Under the pieces are notes generated by a model that saw nothing but the letters and a program-made list of their open reading frames with translations, was not told the DNA's origin and made no database searches. Positions 43,358 to 53,775 of a DNA stretch of 64,000 nt are shown one piece after another. Source of the DNA: Tubiluchus corallicola (taxonomy: Eukaryota > Animalia > Priapulida); the NCBI GenBank assembly GCA_030141605.1, contig JAQGDQ010002385.1, forward strand, positions 186,001 through 250,000, given 5' to 3'. The first letter of the stretch is position 1. Every line of letters starts with the position of its first letter. A program made the position numbers and the translations under genes.

Positions 43358-44830
43358 TTACTTCGCCTGCGGCAAGCTATTAAAATTAGCTCGTTGTTCT
43401 AAAATATGCGCTCCACGGAAAACAGACTCTTCCTCCCAGTGGCGGCCAACCAATTGAAGTCCCAAAGGCAGCCCTTCACTATCAAGGCTACATGGAACCG
43501 AAATCGCCGGCAATCCCGCTAAACTAATTGGCACCGTAAATATATCGTTTAAATACATTGATATCGTATCTTTTTCTTTCTTCTCAAAACCAAACGCTGC
43601 TGTCGGAGCTGTCGGCGTCAACAATAAATCAACATTCGAAAAAACACGATGAAAGTCTTCCACAATCAAGCGACGAACACGCTGCGCCTTCGTATAATAA
43701 GCATCATAAAAACCAGATGATAGTACATACGTCCCAATCATAATACGACGGCGAACCTCCGAGCCAAATCCCTCACGGCGCGTATTCATATACATATCAT
43801 CAAGCGTTTCTCCATCAATACGCAACCCATAACGAACGCCATCATAACGCGCCAAGTTCGCCGATGCTTCCGCCGGCGCGATAATATAATAGACAGGAAG
43901 TGCATATCGCGTATAAGGAAGCGAAACCTCAACAACTTCCGCACCCTCCTCCTGAAGCCACAAAGCCCCTCGCTCCCAAAAACGAAGAAGCTCCTCAGGC
44001 ATACCATCTACCTTATATTCCTTCGGAATACCTATCCGCATACCGGCGACACCCTGCTCTAGACTTTTCGTGAAATCCGGCACAGAGCGTGGAGAAGACG
44101 TCGAATCTTTGGCATCATGCCCCGCCATAACATTCAACATCAACGCTGAATCTTCAACTGTCGTGGTCATCGGACCCGCCTGATCTAAAGAAGAGGCAAA
44201 CGCAACAATTCCAAAACGAGAACAACGGCCATATGTCGGCTTCATGCCGACAATCCCTGTGAAAGCCGCTGGTTGGCGAATTGAACCCCCTGTATCCGTG
44301 CCTGTCGCTCCTAAAACAACACGCGCAGAAACAGCCGCCGCAGACCCCGACGAAGAGCCACCAGGAACACGAGGGGAGGGACTCTCACGTTTCCACGGAT
44401 TTACAGCAGGCTTATAATAACTCGTCAAACCTGCCGAGCCCATCGCGAACTCGTCCAGATTCAGCTTTCCAACCATGATTGTACCCGCTGATTTTAAATT
44501 CCCCGTAACCGTCGATTCATACGAAGGAACAAAGTCATGCAATATATGCGATCCTGCCGTTGTTAAAACGCCTTCCGTGCAAAATAAATCCTTGTTCGCT
44601 ATCGGCAGACCATCCAAAACACCTAATGTCTCTCCCTTCCGGCGTCGAGCATCCGACGCATGCGCCTGCTCTAGCGCAAGATCTGGAGTTTCCGTAATAA
44701 ACATATTCAAAGATCGGAAATCCTCCATCGCCTGCAAAGAAGCCTCTGTTAATTCCACAGAAGAAAATTCCCCGCAAGACAAGCCCTCAGAGGCTGATTT
44801 TAAAGATAAATCTGATAATTTCAATGTCAT
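43358..44830 (-). CDS. gatA: Asp/Glu-tRNA amidotransferase subunit A
   Basis: Amidase signature [19 protein letters not shown]; ARYDGVRYG. Confidence 0.98.
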   Translation of the reverse strand: MTLKLSDLSLKSASEGLSCGEFSSVELTEASLQAMEDFRSLNMFITETPDLALEQAHASDARRRKGETLGVLDGLPIANKDLFCTEGVLTTAGSHILHDFVPSYESTVTGNLKSAGTIMVGKLNLDEFAMGSAGLTSYYKPAVNPWKRESPSPRVPGGSSSGSAAAVSARVVLGATGTDTGGSIRQPAAFTGIVGMKPTYGRCSRFGIVAFASSLDQAGPMTTTVEDSALMLNVMAGHDAKDSTSSPRSVPDFTKSLEQGVAGMRIGIPKEYKVDGMPEELLRFWERGALWLQEEGAEVVEVSLPYTRYALPVYYIIAPAEASANLARYDGVRYGLRIDGETLDDMYMNTRREGFGSEVRRRIMIGTYVLSSGFYDAYYTKAQRVRRLIVEDFHRVFSNVDLLLTPTAPTAAFGFEKKEKDTISMYLNDIFTVPISLAGLPAISVPCSLDSEGLPLGLQLVGRHWEEESVFRGAHILEQRANFNSLPQAK

Positions 44831-45117
44831 GACTCCACTACCTTAGGAACTGTATAATATCCATCCTCTGACTTCACAGCATTGGAAAGAAAACGCTCAC
44901 GATATCCTCCATCCATCACCTTGTCTTCTCGAAACGGCAACACAACATCCGTTACAGACGTCAATGGATCAACCTGATTTGTATCAACTTCCTGCAAAAT
45001 CGTAACCCAATCCAAAATAGGCGTTAATTCGTCCACTAGAGAATCAAGCTCGTCGTCATCAATACGAATACGTGCTAAAAAAGCAATTTCTCTAACTTCT
45101 TTTCGGCTTAAAGACAT
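44827..45117 (-). CDS. gatC: Asp/Glu-tRNA amidotransferase subunit C
   Basis: [18 protein letters not shown]. Start set at MSLSRK. Confidence 0.93.
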   Translation of the reverse strand: MSLSRKEVREIAFLARIRIDDDELDSLVDELTPILDWVTILQEVDTNQVDPLTSVTDVVLPFREDKVMDGGYRERFLSNAVKSEDGYYTVPKVVES

Positions 45118-45388
45118 GATATCTACCTTCCTATAAATTTTATCGCACACCAACAACGCTATTTTGGCAAATAAACAAGTTGTTATCAACAAATTTCAAT
45201 GCACATCCCTATATTCCTAATATGTAAACAACAGAATATAAAACATAGAGAAAGGTTAAGAAATAGCATACATTATTTAAAAAACACAATAAAAGAAAAA
45301 TTTATTCGCTAAAAACAAATTCTTTCCAAAATAGATTACATAATAAATATTGATAATATAGATTCGAAAAACTATACTCACAAATATT

Positions 45389-45886
45389 ATGACAATCATT
45401 ACAATTGACGATCTTCAAAAAATTAAAACAAACAATAATCGATTGCTGTGCCTCGATGTCGGAAAAAAAACGATAGGACTTGCCGTCTCAGATCCTTCTT
45501 TCCTTATCGCGACTGCTTGCAAAACAATTCGACGACAAAAATTCCAGCAGGATATCGATAAAATTAAACAGCATATCGAGCAGTATCATGTTTCGGCTCT
45601 CATTGTCGGGCTCCCTCTTAACATGGACGGAACAGAAGGAAAGCAATGCCAGTCTATAAGAGATTTTACCACCCAGATGCTCCAATATATCGATATTCCC
45701 TTGGTCTTCCAAGATGAACGTCTCTCTAGCAGCGCTGTCGAGCGTCTTCTTATCTCAGAAGCGAACAGCAGTAGAAAAAAGCGCGCAAACGTCATTGATA
45801 GTCTTGCCGCCACATGGATTCTTCAAGGCGTCCTTGATTATTTAAAACAAAGCACTTCCGCAAGGAGATTAACGAATGGAAATTAA
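45389..45886 (+). CDS. ruvX: RuvX/YqgF pre-16S rRNA nuclease
   Basis: LDVGKKTIGLAVSD, VGLPLNMDG, DERLSS, IDSLAA..ILQ. Confidence 0.93.
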   Translation: MTIITIDDLQKIKTNNNRLLCLDVGKKTIGLAVSDPSFLIATACKTIRRQKFQQDIDKIKQHIEQYHVSALIVGLPLNMDGTEGKQCQSIRDFTTQMLQYIDIPLVFQDERLSSSAVERLLISEANSSRKKRANVIDSLAATWILQGVLDYLKQSTSARRLTNGN

Positions 45887-46565
45887 CATAAATCTGACCC
45901 TTCCTCAGCTTGAATCTTTCTCCTTCTCAACTGTATGGGGTGTTCTTTTCGTTGGATATATTATCGGCTCAATACCTTGCGGACTCATTCTTGCAAAAAT
46001 TTCTGGATATGGCGATATCAGGAAAATCGGCTCGGGAAATATCGGCGCAACAAATGTCCTACGAACCGGCAGTAAAAAACTTGCCTTCATAACACTGCTC
46101 TGTGATGCAGGAAAAGGAATAGCCGCTGTACTCATCATCAAAACTTTTTTCTCTCACCCACCAGAAATACCTGAATATCTGATTTATAAAAGCTTTATCC
46201 TTGAATTCGCTGGTGGATTCGGCGCTGTCTTTGGGCATAATTTCCCATTCTGGCTTAAATTTAACGGTGGAAAAGGAGTCGCAACAAGCTTTGGGGTCCT
46301 TTTCGCGCTCTCATGGCCAGCTGGGCTCATGGCTGTCATAACATGGCTTTTTATCGCTTTGGTCTTCAGATTTTCCTCCCTTGCCGCTATCACATCCTTT
46401 ATCCTCCTTCCTATATATGCCCTCTTTGCACAAGGGCTGTTCTTCAGTATCGCATCTTGCGCCTTAAGCACTCTTGTAATCCTGCGGCACAAAAGCAACA
46501 TATATAGACTCTTTACAGATTCAGAGCCTCAAATCTCTTTTAAAAGCAAAAAAACAACAGAATAG
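45876..46565 (+). CDS. plsY: Glycerol-3-phosphate acyltransferase
   Basis: GSGNIGATNVLR, GHNFP, GGKGVAT, RHKSNI. Confidence 0.96.
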   Translation: MEININLTLPQLESFSFSTVWGVLFVGYIIGSIPCGLILAKISGYGDIRKIGSGNIGATNVLRTGSKKLAFITLLCDAGKGIAAVLIIKTFFSHPPEIPEYLIYKSFILEFAGGFGAVFGHNFPFWLKFNGGKGVATSFGVLFALSWPAGLMAVITWLFIALVFRFSSLAAITSFILLPIYALFAQGLFFSIASCALSTLVILRHKSNIYRLFTDSEPQISFKSKKTTE

Positions 46566-46723
46566 CAATTTCTACAAAAATGTCCCTTTCGGCAAAAAAG
46601 GTAGATTAAGTTTTTATAAATAGATATAATAATTAATCTATAGCAGACAGCACTAAAAAATATCGACCTGTAAAAAATACACAAAATACACTTCTATTTT
46701 TGTGTCCAAGGGAGCATATAACC

Positions 46724-47872
46724 ATGAATAAAAATACAGTGCAGGAACCACCAAAGCGACAATTATCACAACAAGAAAAATTCGACTGGCTTCGACTCAG
46801 CCTCAGTGAAAATGTCGGCCCTATTACATTTTTTAAACTATTAGAGCGTTTCAGCAGCGCAAAAGCCGCTCTTGAGGAATTGCCAACCCTCGCAAAACTC
46901 GGTGGAAAAACTAAAAAAATCAAGTTGTTTTCTAAAAAAAATACTGAAAAAATTATCCACTTCTGCGAGCAAAACAACATTCACATAGAGGCTTTTCCAG
47001 AAGAGCATTATCCAACGCTTCTCCGCTATATTGAAGATGCGCCTCCTCTTCTCTTTGTCCGCGGGAAAAAACATCTCCTTACAAAAAAATCAGTCGCTAT
47101 TGTCGGCGCAAGAAACGCTTCAATCAATGGGCAAAAAATAACTCACGATATCACTAAGAATCTTGGGGAAGCTGGATTCCTGACCGTATCTGGAATGGCA
47201 CGCGGAATCGATACCGCCGCTCATAACGCCGCTATCAATAAAGGAACAGCCGCAGTTCTCGCCGGAGGAGTCGATATTGTATATCCATCAGAAAACCAAG
47301 ATCTCTACGAAGAAATTCTACATATCGGTGTCGCCTTTTCCGAATCGCCACCTAAAACACAACCCATCGCGCGACACTTTCCACGCAGAAACAGGCTTAT
47401 CTCTGGTATGTGTCGTGGAATCATTATCATCGAAGCTTCCATAAAATCCGGCTCTCTCATTACTGCAAAAATGGCTCTGGAGCAAGGGCGCGAGGTTTTT
47501 TCCGTTCCCGGCTCACCCCTTGATCCAAGAGCAAAAGGAACAAATATGCTGATAAAAGAAGGCGCGATTCTCGCCGAAGACGCTGGCGACATTCTGCCCA
47601 CTCTTAACAAGTTACATCACTCTCCTATTGCTGACAGAATCATCTCATACCAGCTGGATTCATCACTCCATATTTCTCCTCACGAAACAGAAATCGCCAG
47701 AAATACAATCATTGAAAAACTTAGCCCCATTCCCACATCTATGAATGAACTTCTCAATCAATCCTCTTTTTCACCTGCTCTTATATCCCTTGTTCTCCTT
47801 GAATTAGAGCTTGCTGGAAAACTGCAAAGACATCCTGGTGATAAAGTTAGTCTCATTGGAAGCTTGCAATAA
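46724..47872 (+). CDS. dprA: DNA-processing protein DprA
   Basis: VAIVGARNAS, SGMARGID, FPRRNR, SGSLITA, PGSPLDPR. Start set at the ATG at 46724. Confidence 0.96.
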   Translation: MNKNTVQEPPKRQLSQQEKFDWLRLSLSENVGPITFFKLLERFSSAKAALEELPTLAKLGGKTKKIKLFSKKNTEKIIHFCEQNNIHIEAFPEEHYPTLLRYIEDAPPLLFVRGKKHLLTKKSVAIVGARNASINGQKITHDITKNLGEAGFLTVSGMARGIDTAAHNAAINKGTAAVLAGGVDIVYPSENQDLYEEILHIGVAFSESPPKTQPIARHFPRRNRLISGMCRGIIIIEASIKSGSLITAKMALEQGREVFSVPGSPLDPRAKGTNMLIKEGAILAEDAGDILPTLNKLHHSPIADRIISYQLDSSLHISPHETEIARNTIIEKLSPIPTSMNELLNQSSFSPALISLVLLELELAGKLQRHPGDKVSLIGSLQ

Positions 47873-47955
47873 AATTAAAACATGGTAATAAAAGAAACAG
47901 AATCGATAAATTAAAATAAAATACTGAAAATTACAAAAAATGGACTATAGATACA

Positions 47956-50424
47956 ATGGACGTTGTTATTGTTGAATCACCCGCAAAAGCGAAAACAATC
48001 AATAAATATCTTGGCGATAATTATAAAGTTCTCGCAAGCTATGGACACATAAGAGATCTGCCAGCGAAAGACGGATCTGTCCTCCCTGATGAAAATTTCT
48101 CGATGTTATGGCAAGAAGATGAAAAATCATCAAAACATATCAAAGAGATCATAAGCGCTATCAAAAATGCCGATACCCTCTTCCTCGCAACCGACCCAGA
48201 CCGCGAGGGAGAAGCCATCTCATGGCACGTTCTGCAAGTCCTTATCAATAAAGAAAAAATTAAACAGAAAAATATTAAACGCGTCGTCTTTAATGAAATT
48301 ACAAAAAACGCCATCTTAGACGCTTTTAAAAACCCAAGAGACCTCGATCAACAACTTATCGACGCTTACTTGGCGCGGCGTGCTCTGGACTATCTTGTTG
48401 GGTTCACCCTCTCGCCTGTCTTATGGAGGAAATTACCCGGAAGCCGATCCGCAGGGCGAGTCCAGTCTGTCGCTCTTAAGCTTATCTGTGAGCGCGAAAT
48501 TGAAATCAAACAATTTATCCCACAAGAATATTGGACTATAAACGGAACATTCCTAACAGAAAAAAATGAGCCCCTGCCCGCTCAACTGTCTATCCTGAAT
48601 AATGAAAAGATCGAAAAATTCTCCTTGAAAAATAAAGAGCAAGCCGAAAAAGCCATCGCTCTCATCCAACAACAAAACTTCCACATTCATGCAATCAAAA
48701 AACGGCAGGTGAAACGATCCCCAACTCCTCCATTTATTACTTCCACATTACAGCAAAGCGCCGCAAGACAGCTCTATTTTTCAACAAAGCGAACCATGCA
48801 GGTCGCGCAAAAACTCTATGAGGGAATTCCCATCAGCGGCGAAACAACCGGTCTGATAACCTACATGCGAACAGATAGTACACAAGTCTCAACAAGCGCT
48901 ATCCAAGCCTGTAGAAAAACAATCGAAAAACTTTATAATAAAGACTACCTGCCCGAAAAACCACGCGCATGGAAATCCAGCACCCGAAACGCACAAGAAG
49001 CTCACGAAGCTATCCGACCAACCGATATCTCAAAAACACCTCAACAACTTGCCTCATGGCTCAGCGCTGAACAATTAAAACTCTATACACTCATATGGAA
49101 ACAAACACTCGCAAGCCAAATGGCAAACGCTCTTATTGATCAAGTAACAATCGACATCGCATCTAAAGACAATACTCATTTCAAAACAACAGGCTCTACA
49201 ATTGCTTTCGACGGCTTTATGGCGCTCCATAAAGAAACCGAAAAAAAAGACCAAACCCTTCCTCCTCTTCAAGAAGGAAATACCCTGACAACAAAAAATA
49301 TCGACCCGCAGCAGCATTTTACACAGCCTCCACCACGGTATTCCGAAGCATCCCTAGTACAAAAACTTGAAGAGCTTGGAATCGGAAGACCATCTACATA
49401 CGCTTCCATCATATCTGTCTTACAAGATCGAAATTATGTCCATCTAGAAAAAAGGCGATTTATACCAGAAGATCGTGGGCAACTCGTAACCGCCTTTCTC
49501 AGTAAATTTTTCACGCAATATATCGCTTATGACTTCACCGCCGAGCTAGAGCGAAAACTTGACGATATCGCCAGCGGGCGCGCGTCATGGAAAGTCATCC
49601 TTACCGAGTTTTGGAAACAGTTCAACGATGACGTCACAAAAACAAAAGACCTCAAAATACAGGAAGTTCTCGAAACACTTAACCAGCAGCTCAGTATTCA
49701 CTTCATCGGTGAGGATACCTCATGCCCCCAGTGTAAAGAAGGAACCCTTGGTTTTAAAGTCGGAAAGTTCGGCGCCTTCATCGGATGTTCACACTATCCG
49801 GAGTGTCGCTATACACGGCAGCTTAACCAGGAGGAAGACGTATCCCCTTCTGGAAATAGCGACTGTATATCTCTCGGGAATCATCCAGATACGCAAAAGC
49901 CTATCCTGTTGCGAAAAGGGCCTTACGGACACTATGTGCAAATGGGCGATATAGAAGAAGAAAAACCAAAGCGGGTTTCGCTTCCTAAAGATATGTCTCC
50001 AGATATTATTAATTCTGAAATCGCTATTGGCCTTCTGTCCCTTCCTAAAGATATGGGTTTCCACCCAGCAACCAACGATAAAATCTCTGTAGGGCTAGGA
50101 CGATACGGGCCTTACGTAAAATATGGTAGCAATTTCGTATCTTTAACAAAAGATGACAATATTCTTACCATAACACGAGCGCGCGCCATTGAGCTTATTG
50201 ACGAATCACAGGCCAAAAATCCTACTACTCTCCTTGGAAACCATCCTAAAAATAAAAAGCCCGTCACCCTTAAAAAAGGGCGGTGGGGATTTTATGTTCA
50301 AAATGGCAAACTGCGGGCTCCCGTTCCTAAAACTACCGACGAAAATAACGTAACTCTTGAAGACGCTCTTAAGTGGCTTGAAAAAAAAGAAGCCGCCAGC
50401 AAAAAAACAAAGGCTAAAAAGTAG
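47956..50424 (+). CDS. topA: DNA topoisomerase I
   Basis: VESPAK, ATDPDREGE, SAGRVQS, ITYMRTDS, one C4 zinc finger, TopoI C-terminal repeats. Confidence 0.98.
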   Translation: MDVVIVESPAKAKTINKYLGDNYKVLASYGHIRDLPAKDGSVLPDENFSMLWQEDEKSSKHIKEIISAIKNADTLFLATDPDREGEAISWHVLQVLINKEKIKQKNIKRVVFNEITKNAILDAFKNPRDLDQQLIDAYLARRALDYLVGFTLSPVLWRKLPGSRSAGRVQSVALKLICEREIEIKQFIPQEYWTINGTFLTEKNEPLPAQLSILNNEKIEKFSLKNKEQAEKAIALIQQQNFHIHAIKKRQVKRSPTPPFITSTLQQSAARQLYFSTKRTMQVAQKLYEGIPISGETTGLITYMRTDSTQVSTSAIQACRKTIEKLYNKDYLPEKPRAWKSSTRNAQEAHEAIRPTDISKTPQQLASWLSAEQLKLYTLIWKQTLASQMANALIDQVTIDIASKDNTHFKTTGSTIAFDGFMALHKETEKKDQTLPPLQEGNTLTTKNIDPQQHFTQPPPRYSEASLVQKLEELGIGRPSTYASIISVLQDRNYVHLEKRRFIPEDRGQLVTAFLSKFFTQYIAYDFTAELERKLDDIASGRASWKVILTEFWKQFNDDVTKTKDLKIQEVLETLNQQLSIHFIGEDTSCPQCKEGTLGFKVGKFGAFIGCSHYPECRYTRQLNQEEDVSPSGNSDCISLGNHPDTQKPILLRKGPYGHYVQMGDIEEEKPKRVSLPKDMSPDIINSEIAIGLLSLPKDMGFHPATNDKISVGLGRYGPYVKYGSNFVSLTKDDNILTITRARAIELIDESQAKNPTTLLGNHPKNKKPVTLKKGRWGFYVQNGKLRAPVPKTTDENNVTLEDALKWLEKKEAASKKTKAKK

Positions 50425-50463
50425 AAAAAACAGCGGGAAAAATCATAAGAATTATGATCTCGC

Positions 50464-50500
50464 AAAAGTGCCCTCTACTCTATGAGTAAAGCGCACTTTT
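50464..50500. terminator. Bidirectional terminator between topA and iolA
   Basis: AAAAGTGC..CTCTACTC-tat-GAGTAAAG..GCACTTTT hairpin between convergent genes. Confidence 0.75.
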
Positions 50501-50661
50501 AAAATCACCAGCTTTACAGGCGGATCATTTACCATGGAGATTACTCCTGAAAACCGTTCCGCTTTAATTCAGCTTAAAACTCAATAACAAACAGATAGTC
50601 CCGCTGAATCTCTAAAAAAGCAGAACGCTAAGAAATCTCTATAGTAAACGAGAACAAACCG

Positions 50662-52164
50662 CTATTTTAAAGTCGGCATGGCAAATTCCGCCTCCTTGCC
50701 AATCGAGCCCGGCCACCGCTGCGTCACTGTCTTTTGGCGCGTATAAAACCTTACACCTTCCATACCATGAATATGCATATCACCAAAAAGAGACTCTTTC
50801 CACCCCCCAAAGCTATGGTAAGCAACCGGCACAGGAATAGGAACATTAACTCCTACCATACCCGCCTCTACACGCGACGCGAAAACATGAGCGATCTCTC
50901 CATCCCGTGTAAAAACCGCCGCTCCATTTCCATAACGATGTGCATTGACAAGACGTAAAGCTTCCTCAAAACCATCCGCGCGAACAATACATAGCACAGG
51001 ACCAAATATCTCCTCCTGATAAATATCCATATGAGGCTTGACATGGTCAAATAAACATCCTCCTAAAAAATATCCCTCTTCATGGCCTGCCGGCGGGCGA
51101 AAAGAACGACCATCAACAACCAGTGACGCCCCTTCTTCAACACCTCGGTTGACCCAAGTAACAACCCGATCAAGATGCGCACGGGAGACAAGCGGCCCCA
51201 TCTCGGCATCTTTGTCCGTAAAAGGCCCCACTTTCAACAAACGAACCGCTTCCGATAAACGCTCAACAAGCTTATCCGCAACAGAATCTTCTGTAGTAAC
51301 CGCGACAGAAATCGCCATACAACGCTCTCCTGCTGAGCCATAGCCAGCTCCCATCAAAGCATTCACAACCTGATCCATATCAGCATCCGGCAAAATAACC
51401 ATATGATTCTTCGCGCCCGTTAACGCCTGCACCCGTTTCCCATTCTCCGCGCACTGCTTGTAAACATGCCTTCCAACCGGTGTCGAGCCCACAAAACTAA
51501 CCGCCTTTACAAGCGGATGCTCCATTAACGCTTCTCCTGCTTCCTGATCGCCTGAGATAACATTGAAAACACCTGGCGGAAAACCTGCCTCACTCGCCAG
51601 CTCCGCAAAACGAAACGCACAAGAAGGAACTTCCGGAGAAGCCTTTAAAACAAACGTATTTCCACACGCAACCGCAAGAGGAAACATCCATAACGGAACC
51701 ATTGCCGGAAAATTAAACGGAACAATTCCCGTACAAACCCCAAGAGGCTGGCGCATATCCCAACTGTTAATCCCTGTTCCAACCCCTTCACTGTAACTTC
51801 CTTTAAGCAAATGAGGAATGCCACACGCAAACTCTATTACCTCCATTCCACGCGTTAAAGAACCGCGCGCGTCATCCAGTAATTTACCGTGCTCCAAAGA
51901 AATTAAAGAAACAAGCTCCTCTGAATGCGCTTCTAAAAGCGCCTTATAGCGACATAAAATACGCGCGCGACGAAGAGGCGTAACAGACGACCAAGATAAA
52001 AAAGCCCGCGCCGCCGATTCAACAGCGAAATTAACCTCCTCAGAATTCGCTAAAGGAACAGACCCAACAATATATCCTGTCGCTGGATTTGTTACATCAA
52101 AAAAACGGCCTGAACGCCCCTCTACATGCTTTCCATCAATGAAATATTTTAACGTTTTTGACAT
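50662..52164 (-). CDS. iolA: CoA-acylating methylmalonate/malonate-semialdehyde dehydrogenase (IolA/MmsA)
   Basis: PFNFPAMVPLW, FVGSTP, GAKNH, GSAGERCMA, EEIFGPV, FGGWK. Confidence 0.93.
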   Translation of the reverse strand: MSKTLKYFIDGKHVEGRSGRFFDVTNPATGYIVGSVPLANSEEVNFAVESAARAFLSWSSVTPLRRARILCRYKALLEAHSEELVSLISLEHGKLLDDARGSLTRGMEVIEFACGIPHLLKGSYSEGVGTGINSWDMRQPLGVCTGIVPFNFPAMVPLWMFPLAVACGNTFVLKASPEVPSCAFRFAELASEAGFPPGVFNVISGDQEAGEALMEHPLVKAVSFVGSTPVGRHVYKQCAENGKRVQALTGAKNHMVILPDADMDQVVNALMGAGYGSAGERCMAISVAVTTEDSVADKLVERLSEAVRLLKVGPFTDKDAEMGPLVSRAHLDRVVTWVNRGVEEGASLVVDGRSFRPPAGHEEGYFLGGCLFDHVKPHMDIYQEEIFGPVLCIVRADGFEEALRLVNAHRYGNGAAVFTRDGEIAHVFASRVEAGMVGVNVPIPVPVAYHSFGGWKESLFGDMHIHGMEGVRFYTRQKTVTQRWPGSIGKEAEFAMPTLK

Positions 52165-52342
52165 TTTTATGCTTCCAATTCTATTTTTTCTGAAATATTG
52201 CCTTCCCTACTTTGAGAATAATAGTACAGCTCTTTACTCATGAGTTACTAAAAAGATCCAAGCTTCAAGTAACAGCTTACCACTATAAGATCATATTTTT
52301 ACCATATTATTTTCAATGTGAAAACCAACCTTAATTAAAATT

Positions 52343-53206
52343 TTAGGACGCAGCCTTTTTCGCATCTAAACGTTCTCCAAGCGAAATGACAAGACTCTGT
52401 ACAAGACATAACGGCCCCAACAGTGAGCGAAATGACGAATCCTTACGTTCTCGCACTTCAAAAGTAATATGAGCATACGAAGATATCCCCCCTAAACAAC
52501 TTTCCGTAATCGCTACAACAGGAATATTTTTCGCGCTTTTTTCTAAAACAATATCAAAAATATCTTGAGTACAAGGTGAAAAATTCACCACGATAACCAT
52601 ATCATCCTGACTAATAAAACGACACTGGCTCTTTGTCATTCCCCCGATACCGTCAATCAAAATGGATTTCTTTCCTAAATTTCTTAAAGCATAATTCATA
52701 TAAAAGACAACTGGAAACGAACGATCATTTCCTAAAAGATAAATCGTCTCACAATTATTCATCAATAATACCGCTTCTTCTATAGCCTCCTGAGAAGTAT
52801 AACTCTTTAAATAAGATAAATCCTCAATTCCTTCATCGACACAATTATGCAGAGCTGATAAATACTCTTTATTGGATTTAGGCATTTGAAACGCCGATAT
52901 ACGCTCTCTATACGATGGAATATCCATCATTAAATGATCTTTAAACAGCTTCTGTAAATCACTATATCCTCGAAAACCAAACGTTTGAGCAAAACGAACA
53001 ATACATGACGGCTGAACACCTATACGTCTCGCCAATGTCGTAATCGTCTCAAGAGCGACCTCCTCTGTATGAGACATCATAAAACAAGCAACCTTCTTCA
53101 GTTGACGACTCAGTCCATCAAAGCGATCAGATATCTCTCGTTGAAATACATAAAGAGATAATTCCTGAGAATTTTCTGTTGATTTTTCCAAATAAACTTT
53201 TCCCAT
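52343..53206 (-). CDS. MurR/RpiR-family regulator (HTH plus SIS), IolR-like
   Basis: LSRQLKKVA, VQPSCIVRFAQTFGFRGYSDLQ, RSFPV, FRSL. Strong RBS GGAGGAGG before the ATG at 53206. Adjacent to iolA. Confidence 0.85.
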   Translation of the reverse strand: MGKVYLEKSTENSQELSLYVFQREISDRFDGLSRQLKKVACFMMSHTEEVALETITTLARRIGVQPSCIVRFAQTFGFRGYSDLQKLFKDHLMMDIPSYRERISAFQMPKSNKEYLSALHNCVDEGIEDLSYLKSYTSQEAIEEAVLLMNNCETIYLLGNDRSFPVVFYMNYALRNLGKKSILIDGIGGMTKSQCRFISQDDMVIVVNFSPCTQDIFDIVLEKSAKNIPVVAITESCLGGISSYAHITFEVRERKDSSFRSLLGPLCLVQSLVISLGERLDAKKAAS

Positions 53207-53536
53207 GAAAAACACCTCCTCCCTTAACATGTTTTAAAGTTAAGAAGGGCACCGGCATATCAAAGAGAGCTGATAAATTTAGTCAGACTTAGAAAAGCAA
53301 CCTGAGACGATATAAGGATGTTCCACTAAATAACGAATAACCCAACTGAAAAACATTTTAAAATATAATGTAAAAAGTTTGCAATAAGTCGCTAGCATAA
53401 AAACACTGTGAATCATAAACAAGATTACCAAAACAATTCAGCTAGGCGAAAATTCACTCTCGCGCATTATAATATGCAAATTCATACTACCCTAACCTTT
53501 CTTTATATATTCTTAATTATTTAAATAGTACCGTAT

Positions 53537-53570
53537 AGAAAGCATATTTTCAAATGAAAACATGCTTTCA
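53537..53570. promoter_or_regulatory. Palindromic tandem operator (two GAAA-N6-TTTC boxes), candidate RpiR/IolR site
   Basis: AGAAAGCATATTTTCA-aa-TGAAAACATGCTTTCA; 53538-53569 is a near-perfect inverted repeat. Confidence 0.55.
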
Positions 53571-53775
53571 TTATACTTTAATAATAGCTTAAATTCAAAT
53601 ATATTCGCTGTTTTCTATGCCTATGATACCATTGCCTGTTCGCGAACACACCTTTACAGCAAAATAGCATCAAGTATATAGTAAACAATCACTTATAGTG
53701 AATAAGCTTTAATAAATCCATAAGATTTTATACTCATACTATGGCTATCGTTATTTCAAAAAAATTGGATATTAA

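Noticed and set aside
50431-50606. Retron msr-msd interpretation (terminal inverted repeats enclosing hairpins)
   Set aside because: No reverse transcriptase is adjacent or in the window; kept only as an unexplained structured element.
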